DNA from: a virus | Taxonomy: Duplodnaviria; Caudoviricetes | Length of the DNA stretch: 64,000 nucleotides | IMG/VR virus record: IMGVR_UViG_3300044709_000184 | Location: 37,925-101,924 of that record | Direction: 5' to 3' (one strand) | Part shown: positions 17,697 through 27,479 of the stretch, one piece after another | How positions within the stretch are numbered: the first letter of the stretch is position 1 | Layout: every line of letters begins with the position of its first letter | Translations under genes and position numbers: made by a program | Notes under the pieces: generated by a model | What the model saw: only the letters and a program-made list of their open reading frames with translations | What the model was told of the DNA's origin: nothing | Databases searched by the model: none

Positions 17697-18152
17697 TCAC
17701 CCGCCGGGGCGGGGCGGCCACGATGCCGGGTCGATGGCGTTGAGCTTGATCGGCGGGGCGTCGCAGCCGGGGCTCCACCGGGACCCTTCCAATATCCACA
17801 GGCACTGGGGGGCGTCGTGGAGCAGCGACGGGTCGGACCCGTCGAGCATGGTGGCCGACTCGCCCGGCGCCCAGGCCCCGTCGGCGGATAGGGCGACCAG
17901 GCCGCCGCATTTGCATTTGGCCCCGGTGAGCAGCCGCTTCGCCAGGGCGGTCGCTGCCGCCGCCGGGTTCGGGTGGCCCCGTACCCCGATCTCGGCCTGG
18001 CCGCCGTACTCGGCGACCGCGAACCAGGTGACCGGTGTGGTTGAGGTGTAGCCGATGCGGAAGCCTTTCGCCCCGGCCCGCTCGGCCAGGTCAGCGGCGG
18101 CCATCATCGCGGCCTCTTCCTCGGGGCCCAGCGGCGGGGCAGTGGTGTGCAT
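17697..18152 (-). CDS. Hypothetical protein
   Basis: Globular ORF within the tail operon. Confidence 0.5.
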   Translation of the reverse strand: MHTTAPPLGPEEEAAMMAAADLAERAGAKGFRIGYTSTTPVTWFAVAEYGGQAEIGVRGHPNPAAAATALAKRLLTGAKCKCGGLVALSADGAWAPGESATMLDGSDPSLLHDAPQCLWILEGSRWSPGCDAPPIKLNAIDPASWPPRPGG

Positions 18153-18166
18153 GTCGGGGCTAACGA

Positions 18167-18691
18167 TCAGTCGGGGCAGTCGCACGCGTCGAGGGCCACG
18201 GTGACCTGCATGTAGCCGCCCAGGCAGCCCCCGTCGACGGGCAGGGGCTGCCACAGGCCGGCCACGTACATCCGGTCGGGCTGTAGGTCGGTGAAGCAGC
18301 ACAGGGCCCTTCGCATGGCCGCGGCGTCGTTGAGGATGGCCTCGGCCAGGGCGTTCCAGTCGTCGCTTGACGGGATCTCATCGGCTTCGGGGGTGGGGGC
18401 GCACCGGGCCACGCCCAGCTCCAGGATCGCCGCCCACTGCAGCGGCCAGCACGCCACGAACGTCAGGTCAGGCTCAGGGAACCGGGCCGACGGGTAGATC
18501 GACACGACCCGCACCCAGCCGACCCCCTCGCAGCACTCGTCGCGTGTCTCGGACAGCAGCAGCTCGATCTGGGTGCCGACCCGCAGCGACACATGCTCGG
18601 GCGGGTCGGCCACGTCGGCGAGGGTGGTCTCGAAACATTCGAGCAGGCTCGTCGCGACCGGCAACACAGCCGGGTCGGTGATGGTCGGCAC
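18167..18691 (-). CDS. Tail terminator-like protein
   Basis: DECCEGVGWVRV...LELGVARC...GGCLGG; position after the adaptor. Confidence 0.65.
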   Translation of the reverse strand: MPTITDPAVLPVATSLLECFETTLADVADPPEHVSLRVGTQIELLLSETRDECCEGVGWVRVVSIYPSARFPEPDLTFVACWPLQWAAILELGVARCAPTPEADEIPSSDDWNALAEAILNDAAAMRRALCCFTDLQPDRMYVAGLWQPLPVDGGCLGGYMQVTVALDACDCPD

Positions 18692-18945
18692 GGTTCCGAT
18701 CGTGGCCGCAACCGGTCGCCGTACAGGCCGAACGGACCGGTTGTGTGGCCGTCATTTCGGCGCGATGACGTATCGTCGGCGCGGCCCCACCGTGTGCTGG
18801 CCGTCGGGTCTGGCCGGCTGAGCAACCGGTGCACGGTGGGGGCCACCAGACGTGGCCCCACCCTCGGTGTCAATGGTCCCCCGGGGGTGGGGCCACACCA
18901 TGTCGGCCCCACCCGGTTCCCTGCATCGCCGGGTGGGGCCGCCCG

Positions 18946-19749
18946 TCAGGACCCGCCGCGCCACGTCACGACCCGCGGGGTGGGCAGGTCGGGTGAGAAC
19001 ACGGTGGGCCGCTCCGTGATGTTGAACGGGTTATCGGCGTCGATGGCGTCGTCGACCAGGCGCAGCCCCGTGCGGATGCGGCCCTTGCCGTCCTTGGGGA
19101 TGTCGGCGATGGTGACCTCGACGCCCTGCCGGGTCAGGCGGGTCATTCGGGACGGCAGGCCGCAGGGCCGCCCGACGCAGGCCTTCGCGTACTCGCAGCC
19201 CAGCACGTTGAGGGCGTGTTGGATGTGGTCCGGGATCGGGTCGCCCCGCAGGTAGGTGACCTCAAACCCGGGGATTTCCTGCCCGAAGACCTGGCAGGTG
19301 GGCCAGCAGTCGCCGTCGGTGCGGACCAGCAGGAACCGGTCGTGGACCTCGTAGGCGGTCGCCGGGACCGACACCCCGTCGATGAGGACGTCGACCACGT
19401 CGGCGACGGGCCCGTCGAGGGCCACCTCACAGTCGGCCTTGCAGGAGCAGCGCCCGCCGCAGGTCAGGTTGTGCCAGTCCCCGCCGGCCAGCACCGGCGT
19501 CATGGACACGCCGCCGCCCAGGCCCAACGGGTCGTAGCTGGACACCGGGAACGTCTGGTACAGCGGGTCGACCGGGGCCGGGTTGCAGGGCAGGACGGTG
19601 ATCTCACACAGCCCGTACCGGCGGCCGGTCGCGGCCCACAACACGGTCGCGGCGAGCGCTTCGGCAGCTGCCTGAGCGGGGGCGGGGAAGTCCGTCCAGG
19701 TGCCGCCGCATTCGCAGCCGTCGACGACCCACCCACACGGCACACCCAT
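18946..19749 (-). CDS. Head-to-tail adaptor
   Basis: LWAATGRRYGLC...LVRTDGDCWPTCQ...CGLPSRMTRLTRQGV, typical of actinophage adaptors. Confidence 0.7.
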   Translation of the reverse strand: MGVPCGWVVDGCECGGTWTDFPAPAQAAAEALAATVLWAATGRRYGLCEITVLPCNPAPVDPLYQTFPVSSYDPLGLGGGVSMTPVLAGGDWHNLTCGGRCSCKADCEVALDGPVADVVDVLIDGVSVPATAYEVHDRFLLVRTDGDCWPTCQVFGQEIPGFEVTYLRGDPIPDHIQHALNVLGCEYAKACVGRPCGLPSRMTRLTRQGVEVTIADIPKDGKGRIRTGLRLVDDAIDADNPFNITERPTVFSPDLPTPRVVTWRGGS

Positions 19750-19913
19750 GTTGCCCCCCTACGGGTCGGTCATGACAGGCCGCACCAGTGCCGGGCCTGC
19801 CACCGCCAGCGGCGCCGGTCGGCGAGCTGGTCGTACGGGCGGACCCAGTAGCCGACCGTGCGACCCGCCCAGGCCAGGTGGGCGTACACGAGCCGAACCG
19901 CCAGCCACACCGG

Positions 19914-20615
19914 TCAGCTCGCGATCACCAGCTCCTGGCAGCCGCAGACCGAGTCAGGGGGCGCCAGGTCGGTGAACTGCATATGCCGGTGCCGGGTGGA
20001 GGGCAGGGCCTCGAACAGCGGCGACGAGGCCCCGAACCGGTCGAGCTGAATGTCGTACGGGCCAACACCCCAGTCGTTGCCGTCGGCGGTGATCGTGTTG
20101 ATCGTCCACTCGGCCGGGGCGTTCTCGATGGTGGTGTCCGACATGGTGCCCTCAAGCAACCACGGCAGCAGCAGGTACCCGTAGCGGGTGGTGCCGCCCG
20201 AGCAGGTCGACTGGCCGCGGCGGCGGCCCAGGTTGGTCCACAGTTCCAGCGCGACCGACGCGGTGGCGTAGGTGTCGGAGTCGGTCCCGAAGCCGATCGC
20301 GTTGGGGACGACCGCGTCGTCGTAGACCAGCCGCGACCCGCTCAAAAAGTTGATCAGCTCGGGCATGACCTCGCACAGCACGATCGCGACTTCGATCCAG
20401 TTCAGCTCCGGCTCAGACCGCTGGTTCAAACAGAACTGGCCGCCCGCGTTTTTCTTCTTGAACTCGTCGGGCGTCTCGATGTTGTCGGTCATCGCGACGG
20501 ACACAAACCCGTCGGTGACGATCTGGGAGCAGGCCCCGCCGACCGGGGCGCCGCAGTCGTCGATGAGGGTGGCCCGTAGCCGGGTGCCCTGGATGAGAGT
20601 CCGACACTCGCTCAT
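19914..20615 (-). CDS. Major tail protein
   Basis: GTRLRATLIDDCG...GFVSV...KNAGGQFC...VALELW...YGYLLLPW. Confidence 0.75.
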   Translation of the reverse strand: MSECRTLIQGTRLRATLIDDCGAPVGGACSQIVTDGFVSVAMTDNIETPDEFKKKNAGGQFCLNQRSEPELNWIEVAIVLCEVMPELINFLSGSRLVYDDAVVPNAIGFGTDSDTYATASVALELWTNLGRRRGQSTCSGGTTRYGYLLLPWLLEGTMSDTTIENAPAEWTINTITADGNDWGVGPYDIQLDRFGASSPLFEALPSTRHRHMQFTDLAPPDSVCGCQELVIAS

Positions 20616-20962
20616 GACGTGGCTGCTCCTTGCTGGGCTGTGGTGCGCCGCGGCCGGCGGGCCGCGGTACGGGTACGGGGCGGCGGGTCAGGGGCGGGGG
20701 CGTCGGGGCGGGGCTCGAGCAGCCCGGCGTGACCTTCGGCGGTGCGCACCACCCGGGCCAGCTCCGCCGACGGGGGGTGGAGCTCCAAGACGGCGGGGGC
20801 CGGCTGGTCGCCGGTCAGGTAGGCCAGGGCCAGGGCGTCGGGCACGACCAGGCCGCCGTTGCCGGAGCGGACCTGCCCCGGGTCGGCGGCCAGGGTCCGT
20901 ACCCGGCGGACCATCACGGACCGGTCGGCTGGGTCGGCGGGCAGGTGCAGCGTGACGGTCAT
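20612..20962 (-). CDS. Hypothetical virion-module protein
   Basis: ATGA-coupled between the capsid and tail genes. Confidence 0.55.
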   Translation of the reverse strand: MTVTLHLPADPADRSVMVRRVRTLAADPGQVRSGNGGLVVPDALALAYLTGDQPAPAVLELHPPSAELARVVRTAEGHAGLLEPRPDAPAPDPPPRTRTAARRPRRTTAQQGAATS

Positions 20963-21747
20963 GACGCGCCCGGCTCAGGTTCGAAGGTCGCCGACGCGGC
21001 GGCGCAGTCGTAGGCGACCGCGTACTCCCGCTCGGCGAGCAGCTCGAAGACGTTGGTGGCCTGGTTCCAGGTGTCCTGGGCCGGGGGGACGTTGACGTCG
21101 GCGGCCCGCCACACCGTGACGTTGCCGGAGATGTAGATGGTGCCGTCGTCGGGGTAGCCGCCGCCGAACACGACCACCGTCCCGGCGTGGGTGGTCCACA
21201 GTGGACCCTTCGCGACCAGTAGGCCGTTGGCGCCCAGGTAGTTCGCGAACCGCATCGGGGTGTGCAGGAAGCCGACGTAGCCGTAGGCGGCGCCGTCGTC
21301 GCCGTACAGCCACTGCTCCAGCTCGCCCAGCACCGACCGGATGCTGGTCTCGTCGGGGGCGGCCAGGGGCACTGCGCCGGCGGCGAGTGAGGCGGCCATC
21401 AGCCGTTCGGCGCCGGACTGTTCGCCGGTGGCCAGGCGCTCCCGTACCCGGGCCTCCATCTCGGCCGGGGTGGTCCCGACCCGGGAGCATTCGAGGGTGG
21501 CGTAGATGGCGGAGCTGTCGGCCTCGATGTAGGCGTCTTCCGGGTCGAACGTCTTGTCGGCCGGGTCGTCGGTCGGGCAGGTGATCGGGTACACGTGGGC
21601 GCTGCCGCAGCCGATCGGCCGGAACCGCACCCCCGACGCCAGGGCGTGGGGGGGCAGTTCCAGCGGACCAGCCGCGGCGGTGAGCAGCCCGTAGCGGAGC
21701 CCACGGGGTTGTGCTGCGTCGACAATCGGCGCGGGCATCATCGGCAC
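20959..21747 (-). CDS. Second capsid protein (pentamer-type)
   Basis: Follows the MCP; YGLL...GT.VVFGGGY...IYISG.V.VWR...AEREYAV.DC pattern of cluster-B-like pentamer proteins. Confidence 0.6.
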   Translation of the reverse strand: MPMMPAPIVDAAQPRGLRYGLLTAAAGPLELPPHALASGVRFRPIGCGSAHVYPITCPTDDPADKTFDPEDAYIEADSSAIYATLECSRVGTTPAEMEARVRERLATGEQSGAERLMAASLAAGAVPLAAPDETSIRSVLGELEQWLYGDDGAAYGYVGFLHTPMRFANYLGANGLLVAKGPLWTTHAGTVVVFGGGYPDDGTIYISGNVTVWRAADVNVPPAQDTWNQATNVFELLAEREYAVAYDCAAASATFEPEPGAS

Positions 21748-21801
21748 GGGCCGCTCACCACCTTCCGGCTACTGGGGTCGGGTCAGACGTGTGGAGGTGC
21801 G

Positions 21802-23685
21802 TCAGGACCCGACCGTGTCGCAGCAGCCGGTCACCCCGCCTGGGTCGACGTTGACCCGGTAGAGGCGGCTGATCGGGCCCATCTGCATCACGGCCCATCC
21901 GTCCTCGACAAAGACGGCGGTGTATTGGTTGGTGGACAGCAGGGTCGAGTCGTAGATGGTGTCCAGGGACACGACGTCCTGTACTGGCTTGACCCAGGTG
22001 CCGGCCGGGTAGACAAGGAAGTCCGCGGTCAGCGGAAGCCGGGTCAGTGGGGTCGGCCCGCCGGGCCCGATCGCCAAACCCGCCCCGTAGTCCTGCCAGT
22101 CGTAGACGAAGCGGGGCACGGCGTTGCGGTCGGCGAACCAGGACAGCACCTCGGCGTTGGTGACCTGCCAGCCCTCCACGCCGCGGCGGCGGCCCAGGGC
22201 GGCCCGGATCTGCACCAGCACCCACCACGGCAGGACGACCTCCATGGTGGTGGCGAAGCCCATGCGGTTGCGGTACTTCGCATCGACGATGGCCAGGTCG
22301 ACCGCGGCGAGCAGGGCCGAGGCGGCGTCGTCGCCGTTGGGGTCCTGCGGGATGATGTTGGCCGCGCCGGAGCCGGACACGATGGCCGCGATCACCCCGA
22401 AATTGATCTTGTGTGCGAGGGCGACGGTAGCGCCCCGGGTGAACCGGGCAACGACCTCGGGGTAGCCGCGACGCTGCAGCAGACCACCGGTCAGACACAT
22501 GTAGTCGACGCCCAGCCTGATGTCCTCAAACGGGGGGCAGGGGATCTCGGTGCAGACCTTGGTCGTGTCGTCCATCACCTCGGCCTCGGTGAGGTGGGTG
22601 TCGCCGGCGTTGCCGATCGAGTTGTAGATCGTCGCGAAGTCGGGGCCGCCGTCAATCGGGATCTGCCAGCCACCGCGGGTGGTCTGGATCTCCGGGACGT
22701 CGAGCATGCCGTCGAGCGACTCGAGTTCCATCAGGTCGTAGATCACGTCGGATGGGGCGCACCATCCAGCGGCGGCGGTCAGGGACCGGCCGTTGCGGAC
22801 CGACTGGGCCACCGACTGGATCAGGCCACCACCGGGCAGGCGCCGCTCGTTGGCGGCGTACTCGGCGACCGCGTAGCCGTTGCCGAGCTGCTCATCCACG
22901 CGCAGCTCAGTCGGGAACTCCCGGCGCAGTTCGGCGATGTTGTGCCGCACGAACGAGCGCATGTCGAACCGGCGGCCCGGGTCGTCGCGGTCATACACCG
23001 TGACGGGGCGGGTCTTGCCAGCGAACCGCTTCGACCCGCGGGCCCGGCCGGCGGTCAGCGACTGGTACCGCTCCAGCTGGGTCGACAGGGCCCGGGCGGC
23101 GTCGCTGAACGATTCGAGCTGCTGACCGGCGGAGTAGCCGCCGATCGACGCGACCGCGTTGAGGCTGGCGTAGGCGCCCCGGGCGGGGGACCCGTTGGTC
23201 AGTGGTGTCGCGGCCCGCGAGTGTTGGGCAACCTGCCGTACCCGGGGCGCTGCTGCGGCGGGCCGGCGGGCAGCGGTCACGGACGCGGGGGCCAGGTCGA
23301 CTGGGGCCGGGTCGGTGTCGGCGGGTGCGTCCCCGCCGTCGGGTGGTTCGGTGTCGGTGTCGACGTCGGCCGGGTCGGTGTCGGGCAGGGCCAGGTCGTC
23401 GATCTCGGCGGCCAGGTCGCCGATCTCACCGGCACGGTCGCGGCGGCCGACGATGACGGCGGCGATGTCGCGGGCCAGGTCGCGGCAGGCCCGCAGGGCG
23501 GCCAGCGTGTCGTCGGTAGTTTCGGCCGGGCTGAGGCCGGTGAACCCGGTGGCGTGGCCGCGGACCTGCTCGTGCAGGGCACGCAGGTCATCGTCGGTGG
23601 CGGTGGCGAGGTCGGCGGGGACCTCGAACGGGAAGGTGTACTCCGCTGCGGCGGCGGGAGCGTCGACGATCGGCTCGTCAGGCAT
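21802..23685 (-). CDS. Major capsid protein (hexamer-type) with N-terminal scaffold-like region
   Basis: Acidic helical N-terminus; LTAAAGWCAPSDVIYD...VPEIQTTRGG...RGYPEVV...LDTIYDSTLLSTNQYTAVFVEDG. Confidence 0.85.
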   Translation of the reverse strand: MPDEPIVDAPAAAAEYTFPFEVPADLATATDDDLRALHEQVRGHATGFTGLSPAETTDDTLAALRACRDLARDIAAVIVGRRDRAGEIGDLAAEIDDLALPDTDPADVDTDTEPPDGGDAPADTDPAPVDLAPASVTAARRPAAAAPRVRQVAQHSRAATPLTNGSPARGAYASLNAVASIGGYSAGQQLESFSDAARALSTQLERYQSLTAGRARGSKRFAGKTRPVTVYDRDDPGRRFDMRSFVRHNIAELRREFPTELRVDEQLGNGYAVAEYAANERRLPGGGLIQSVAQSVRNGRSLTAAAGWCAPSDVIYDLMELESLDGMLDVPEIQTTRGGWQIPIDGGPDFATIYNSIGNAGDTHLTEAEVMDDTTKVCTEIPCPPFEDIRLGVDYMCLTGGLLQRRGYPEVVARFTRGATVALAHKINFGVIAAIVSGSGAANIIPQDPNGDDAASALLAAVDLAIVDAKYRNRMGFATTMEVVLPWWVLVQIRAALGRRRGVEGWQVTNAEVLSWFADRNAVPRFVYDWQDYGAGLAIGPGGPTPLTRLPLTADFLVYPAGTWVKPVQDVVSLDTIYDSTLLSTNQYTAVFVEDGWAVMQMGPISRLYRVNVDPGGVTGCCDTVGS

Positions 23686-23906
23686 GGAAGACCCCAATGA
23701 TCTGGTCTCACACCTGGCCTGACCGCAGCAGCCGCCAGTATGCGTAAGCGTCGGCGGGGGCCGGCCACACCGTCACGCCCCGTCCCGCTTGTCAATCGGG
23801 ACCGTAGTCGACAGGGGCAGGGCTGGGGGACAGATCAGCGGATCCATCCCCCAGCCGTGGCGCGCGCCGCATCAACCCCTCGAGATGGGCGCAGCGCCGG
23901 TCCCAG

Positions 23907-24371
23907 CTAGACGGTCGGCTCTGGGGGCGGTTCCGGCGTCGGTTCCGGGGTCGGCTCCGGCTCCGGGGTCGGCGGTGGCGGAGGCGGGGGCGGCGGGTCG
24001 CCGTCGGCGTTCTGGTCGCCGACCTGGACGGACAGGTTGGACACGGCGGCGCCCAGGGCGTTGAGGGTGGCCAGTGTGGCGTCGGCCTTGGCCCTCTCCT
24101 CGGGGGTGAAGACGCCGGTGGCGCGGCTCAGCAGCACCCCTACGTCGGCGGCGGTGGTCGCCAGCACTCGGCTGATCTCGGTGAGTGTGGTCTGCTCAGC
24201 GTTGAGCAGGTCATCAAGGTCGGTCATCTTCTGCTCCATACGGGTCAGGCGGTGATTGATCTGGCGGGCCAGGGTGACCAGGGTGAGCAGTACGGCCTCG
24301 AAGTTGGGGGCCAGCTCGAGCACGACCCTCAGCCTGTTGCCGGCCTCGCCTTGCCGGTGGTGATCCGCCAC
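23907..24371 (-). CDS. Coiled-coil protein with poly-Pro/(PE,PT) tail
   Basis: Heptad-like N-part; ends PPPPPPPPTPEPEPTPEPTPEPPPEPTV. Confidence 0.55.
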   Translation of the reverse strand: MADHHRQGEAGNRLRVVLELAPNFEAVLLTLVTLARQINHRLTRMEQKMTDLDDLLNAEQTTLTEISRVLATTAADVGVLLSRATGVFTPEERAKADATLATLNALGAAVSNLSVQVGDQNADGDPPPPPPPPPTPEPEPTPEPTPEPPPEPTV

Positions 24372-24574
24372 GGCCGGACTGTCGCATACGTCCTGGTCGG
24401 CGGGGGAGGTTCGGTCAGAACTCGCCCAGCAGGGTGATCATCTGCTGGGGGGTGGTGGCGTCGCGGTAGCGGCGGTACAGGTCCCGACCCGCGATGACAA
24501 CCATGGTTGTCGGATGAAGCGTGTCGTAGTTGCGGGCGTCGAATCTTCACCCCCGCTCAGTAGGGTTCCTAGCC

Positions 24575-24847
24575 ATGCGAATGCTGCCTTCTCAAAGATC
24601 ATCTCAGCCCGCCGCCCTCGACGCCGCACACCGGCGGATCATCGAGGTTCACGCCCGCAAGGTAGGGGCGGCCCTGCGCAAGCTGGAGCCGAAGGTGCGC
24701 GAGCTGGAGGAAGTGGTCCGGGATGCGGCCCGCACCGCCCCCGCCGGCGACATTTTGGCCGAGATCGAGGCGACCGGCTGGACGCTGGAAGACCTACCGC
24801 CGGCGATGGCCGCCTGGCTTGGCCTGGACTCGCTCGCGACGTCTTAA
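24575..24847 (+). CDS. Hypothetical helical protein
   Basis: TAGGGT box upstream of ATG; convergent with the HNH gene. Confidence 0.45.
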   Translation: MRMLPSQRSSQPAALDAAHRRIIEVHARKVGAALRKLEPKVRELEEVVRDAARTAPAGDILAEIEATGWTLEDLPPAMAAWLGLDSLATS

Positions 24848-25548
24848 GGCAACCGGATAACCGGCCAAGGCCAGTTAGCCCCCTTGCGGGTGTTGCACGG
24901 CGTGCAGGCCGGCCGCAGGTTGCACAGCATGTGGGCGCCGCCTCTGCTCAGGGGCTTCACGTGGTCGATGCAGTCGGCGGTGGCACCGCACATCCAGCAG
25001 CGGCCACCGTAGTAAGCCAGCCGCTGCAAGAGCTGGGCCGGGGTGAACGCGGCAACCGTGAGGCGTTGCTTACGCGCCTTGCGGGCCCGTACGTAGGACC
25101 GGTTGACCTCTGGGAACCGCCTCTTCCGTTCGCGTCGATACCCGCGCCGGGTCTCCGGGTTGCTGGCTTCCCACGCGTGACGGGCGGCAGCCATCAGCGC
25201 CGGGTTAGCGAGACGCCACTTTCGCCTCGCAAGACGACGGCGCTCCCGCGCCTCCTCTGTGAGATTCGCCGCGCGGCCTGCTGCTGCGACGTGCGCAGCA
25301 TGGCAGGTCGGGCAGCGTTGAGGGAGATGACCTAGCGGCGTCCACCGCTGGTAGGACCAGCTGGCACCGCAGGCCGAGCACACCATCGCATAGACGCAGA
25401 GTTGGAAGGGCAGCGTCAACTGGATGGGATACCGGGTCCTCTTCCAGTGCCAGTAGTGGCGTTTGCACAGGCCGAGCGCTTCGTGCGGGTGCGGACACCG
25501 CTTCACCGAGCAGCCATGCTCTCGACGCACGCCCAACGTATGATTCAC
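24844..25548 (-). CDS. HNH endonuclease
   Basis: CWMC...IDHVKPLSRGGAH...NLRPACTPCNTRKG. Confidence 0.85.
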   Translation of the reverse strand: MNHTLGVRREHGCSVKRCPHPHEALGLCKRHYWHWKRTRYPIQLTLPFQLCVYAMVCSACGASWSYQRWTPLGHLPQRCPTCHAAHVAAAGRAANLTEEARERRRLARRKWRLANPALMAAARHAWEASNPETRRGYRRERKRRFPEVNRSYVRARKARKQRLTVAAFTPAQLLQRLAYYGGRCWMCGATADCIDHVKPLSRGGAHMLCNLRPACTPCNTRKGANWPWPVIRLP

Positions 25549-25630
25549 GCTTGCCCTGCCGTCCGCTGTAGTCGGATCGATGGGGTTCTAGGGGCCGTCT
25601 GGCGGTTGCACGCCGGGCGGCCTCGCGTCG

Positions 25631-26365
25631 TCAGCCTAGCCCTGTGGTATGACCAAACTCGCCTAGCAGGGTGAGCACCTGATCGGGTGTTCGCGCGGCC
25701 CGGTAACGCCGGTATAGGGCGAGGCCGTCATGGCTTCCGATGGCGCGGGTCAGCCGCTGCTGCGGCTGGTGCCACAGGTGCCACAGCGGATTGGACTCCC
25801 GCCATGGCGGGCCGGCGATCACAGTGAGGGCCTGTCCCCAGCTGGTGTCTTCCTGCCCGTAGCCGACAAAGCGGGGGTCGAGGGGTACCTGCCGGTACAG
25901 GTCGGCGGGCAGGATGACACAGCCGCCGCCCATCTCGCCGTGGTGGGTTTCGGCGATCAGCCTGATCGGTGACGGTGTGCTGCCGCGGGCCGGGTCACCC
26001 CGCGACGGCGGCGGCGGCGTTCCGGTGGCGATGAGCCGATCGGTACCGGCCTCAGTGAGCCGGTACACCCGTTTGTGGGGCATCGCCCACGAGACGCTCC
26101 GGCCGGCGACCAGCTGTACCGCCTGACCAACACCGGGCACCAGCACGTCCGCGTCGGCGATCACCAGCACGTCGGCGTCGGTCATGGCCAGCGCGGCCGC
26201 GACAGCGGCCGCCTTGCACCATGGCCCCTCCGGCGGGATGCCCTCCAGCACGGGCCAGGTCGGATAGTGGTCGGCCCACCAGCGGGCCAGCCACGTCCAG
26301 GCCCGCTCCCGGTCCGGGTCGCCGCCGCGCCACGGCACCAGCACTGCTACGGTCGGGCCTCTCAC
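25631..26365 (-). CDS. GT-A glycosyltransferase (GT2/GT7-like)
   Basis: VLVPWR, LVIADAD, LDPRFVGYGQED, LWHLWH. Confidence 0.85.
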   Translation of the reverse strand: MRGPTVAVLVPWRGGDPDRERAWTWLARWWADHYPTWPVLEGIPPEGPWCKAAAVAAALAMTDADVLVIADADVLVPGVGQAVQLVAGRSVSWAMPHKRVYRLTEAGTDRLIATGTPPPPSRGDPARGSTPSPIRLIAETHHGEMGGGCVILPADLYRQVPLDPRFVGYGQEDTSWGQALTVIAGPPWRESNPLWHLWHQPQQRLTRAIGSHDGLALYRRYRAARTPDQVLTLLGEFGHTTGLG

Positions 26366-26457
26366 CGGCGGGGCCGCCGGATGTAGGCGATGAGCACCGC
26401 CGAGACGCACACGCACAATGCGATGAACGTGGCCGCGTCGGGCCAGGTGGTCACCAT
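26362..26457 (-). CDS. Single-TM microprotein
   Basis: MVTTWPDAATFIALCVCVSAVLIAYIRRPRR; overlaps both neighbours. Confidence 0.5.
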   Translation of the reverse strand: MVTTWPDAATFIALCVCVSAVLIAYIRRPRR

Positions 26458-26840
26458 GCAGGTTCGGTGGTGCGGTAGCGGCGGATGTGCTCGACCCAGC
26501 TGATGATCTCTACCCCGTCGTGGCGGGTCGCGTTGGGGTTGGTGATGTCGCCGGTGTGGCCCTGCCCGACGGCGTGGGAGTGCCCGGAGCCCGGCCCGTA
26601 GTGCTGGTGACTGACGTACATGTCGGGGCCCTCGACCTCGGGTCGGCCGCTGCGGCAGCCCGGCATCGGCACCAGATGCTGGCAGGGCTCGCCCGGCCGG
26701 CCGTCGCCGGCGCACACCTCGTTGCCGCCGCCGGCGACATGGGGACTCCAGTCGGCGCGGCGGTGCCGGTCTAGGTAGCCGTCGCTATCAAGCGGCGCGT
26801 CGGGTCGCCCACAGTGGGCGCACAGCCCGGCCCGGCTCAT
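26451..26840 (-). CDS. Hypothetical Cys/His-rich protein
   Basis: CAHC motif; coupled ORF. Confidence 0.45.
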   Translation of the reverse strand: MSRAGLCAHCGRPDAPLDSDGYLDRHRRADWSPHVAGGGNEVCAGDGRPGEPCQHLVPMPGCRSGRPEVEGPDMYVSHQHYGPGSGHSHAVGQGHTGDITNPNATRHDGVEIISWVEHIRRYRTTEPAW

Positions 26841-27148
26841 CCGGCCGGGTCCTGGTCCGGCGGCTCCGTCTCCTGCACGGCGTTACGGGTGCGCCGGCAG
26901 GCCCTGCACAGGTAGTAGTGGCGGTAGGTGCCCTGGCCGAGGTCCTGGCTGCGGAACAGCACCATCTCGGTGTTGCAGTGGTAGCACCAGGCGACCAGGT
27001 CGAGCCGAATATTATTCGGGTCGTGGTCGTCTTCGAGGTCGAAGTGGGCCTGGACCAGGTCCATGACCAGGTCGTTGGGGGGCCGCCAGCGGCAGGTCTC
27101 TACCGCACAGACCAGCACCAGCAGGTCGGGCTGGCGTCGTCCTGTCAT
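26837..27148 (-). CDS. Zn-finger protein
   Basis: CYHC...CRAC. Confidence 0.55.
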   Translation of the reverse strand: MTGRRQPDLLVLVCAVETCRWRPPNDLVMDLVQAHFDLEDDHDPNNIRLDLVAWCYHCNTEMVLFRSQDLGQGTYRHYYLCRACRRTRNAVQETEPPDQDPAG

Positions 27149-27255
27149 GGCCGGGACCGCCGACCGCCGACCACGATCAGGACGATCGTGAGGCCCAGCA
27201 GGCACAGCGAGCACACGGCGCCGAGTGTGGCCTCCGGCCAGGTCAGGCCCGTCAT
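27145..27255 (-). CDS. Single-TM microprotein
   Basis: MTGLTWPEATLGAVCSLCLLGLTIVLIVVGGRRSRP; ATGA coupling. Confidence 0.5.
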   Translation of the reverse strand: MTGLTWPEATLGAVCSLCLLGLTIVLIVVGGRRSRP

Positions 27256-27479
27256 GGCTGCTTCCCGGCCGGGGGTGGGACCAGCGGCGCGATGCTCAGC
27301 AGCGCCCCGGACGGGACCTGGTCGACGTACATGTTCACCAGGCCCTTCGCCACGTCGGCGTCGACGACGACCCGGGACACCATCGGGTACTGGGGCAGCA
27401 GCCCAGCCTGATGGAGGGCCTTGAGGAAGTCCTCGACCAGCACGTAGGGCCGGTCGGTGGTCGGCGTCTGATCCGTCAC
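27252..27479 (-). CDS. Hypothetical protein
   Basis: Coupled ORF. Confidence 0.5.
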   Translation of the reverse strand: MTDQTPTTDRPYVLVEDFLKALHQAGLLPQYPMVSRVVVDADVAKGLVNMYVDQVPSGALLSIAPLVPPPAGKQP

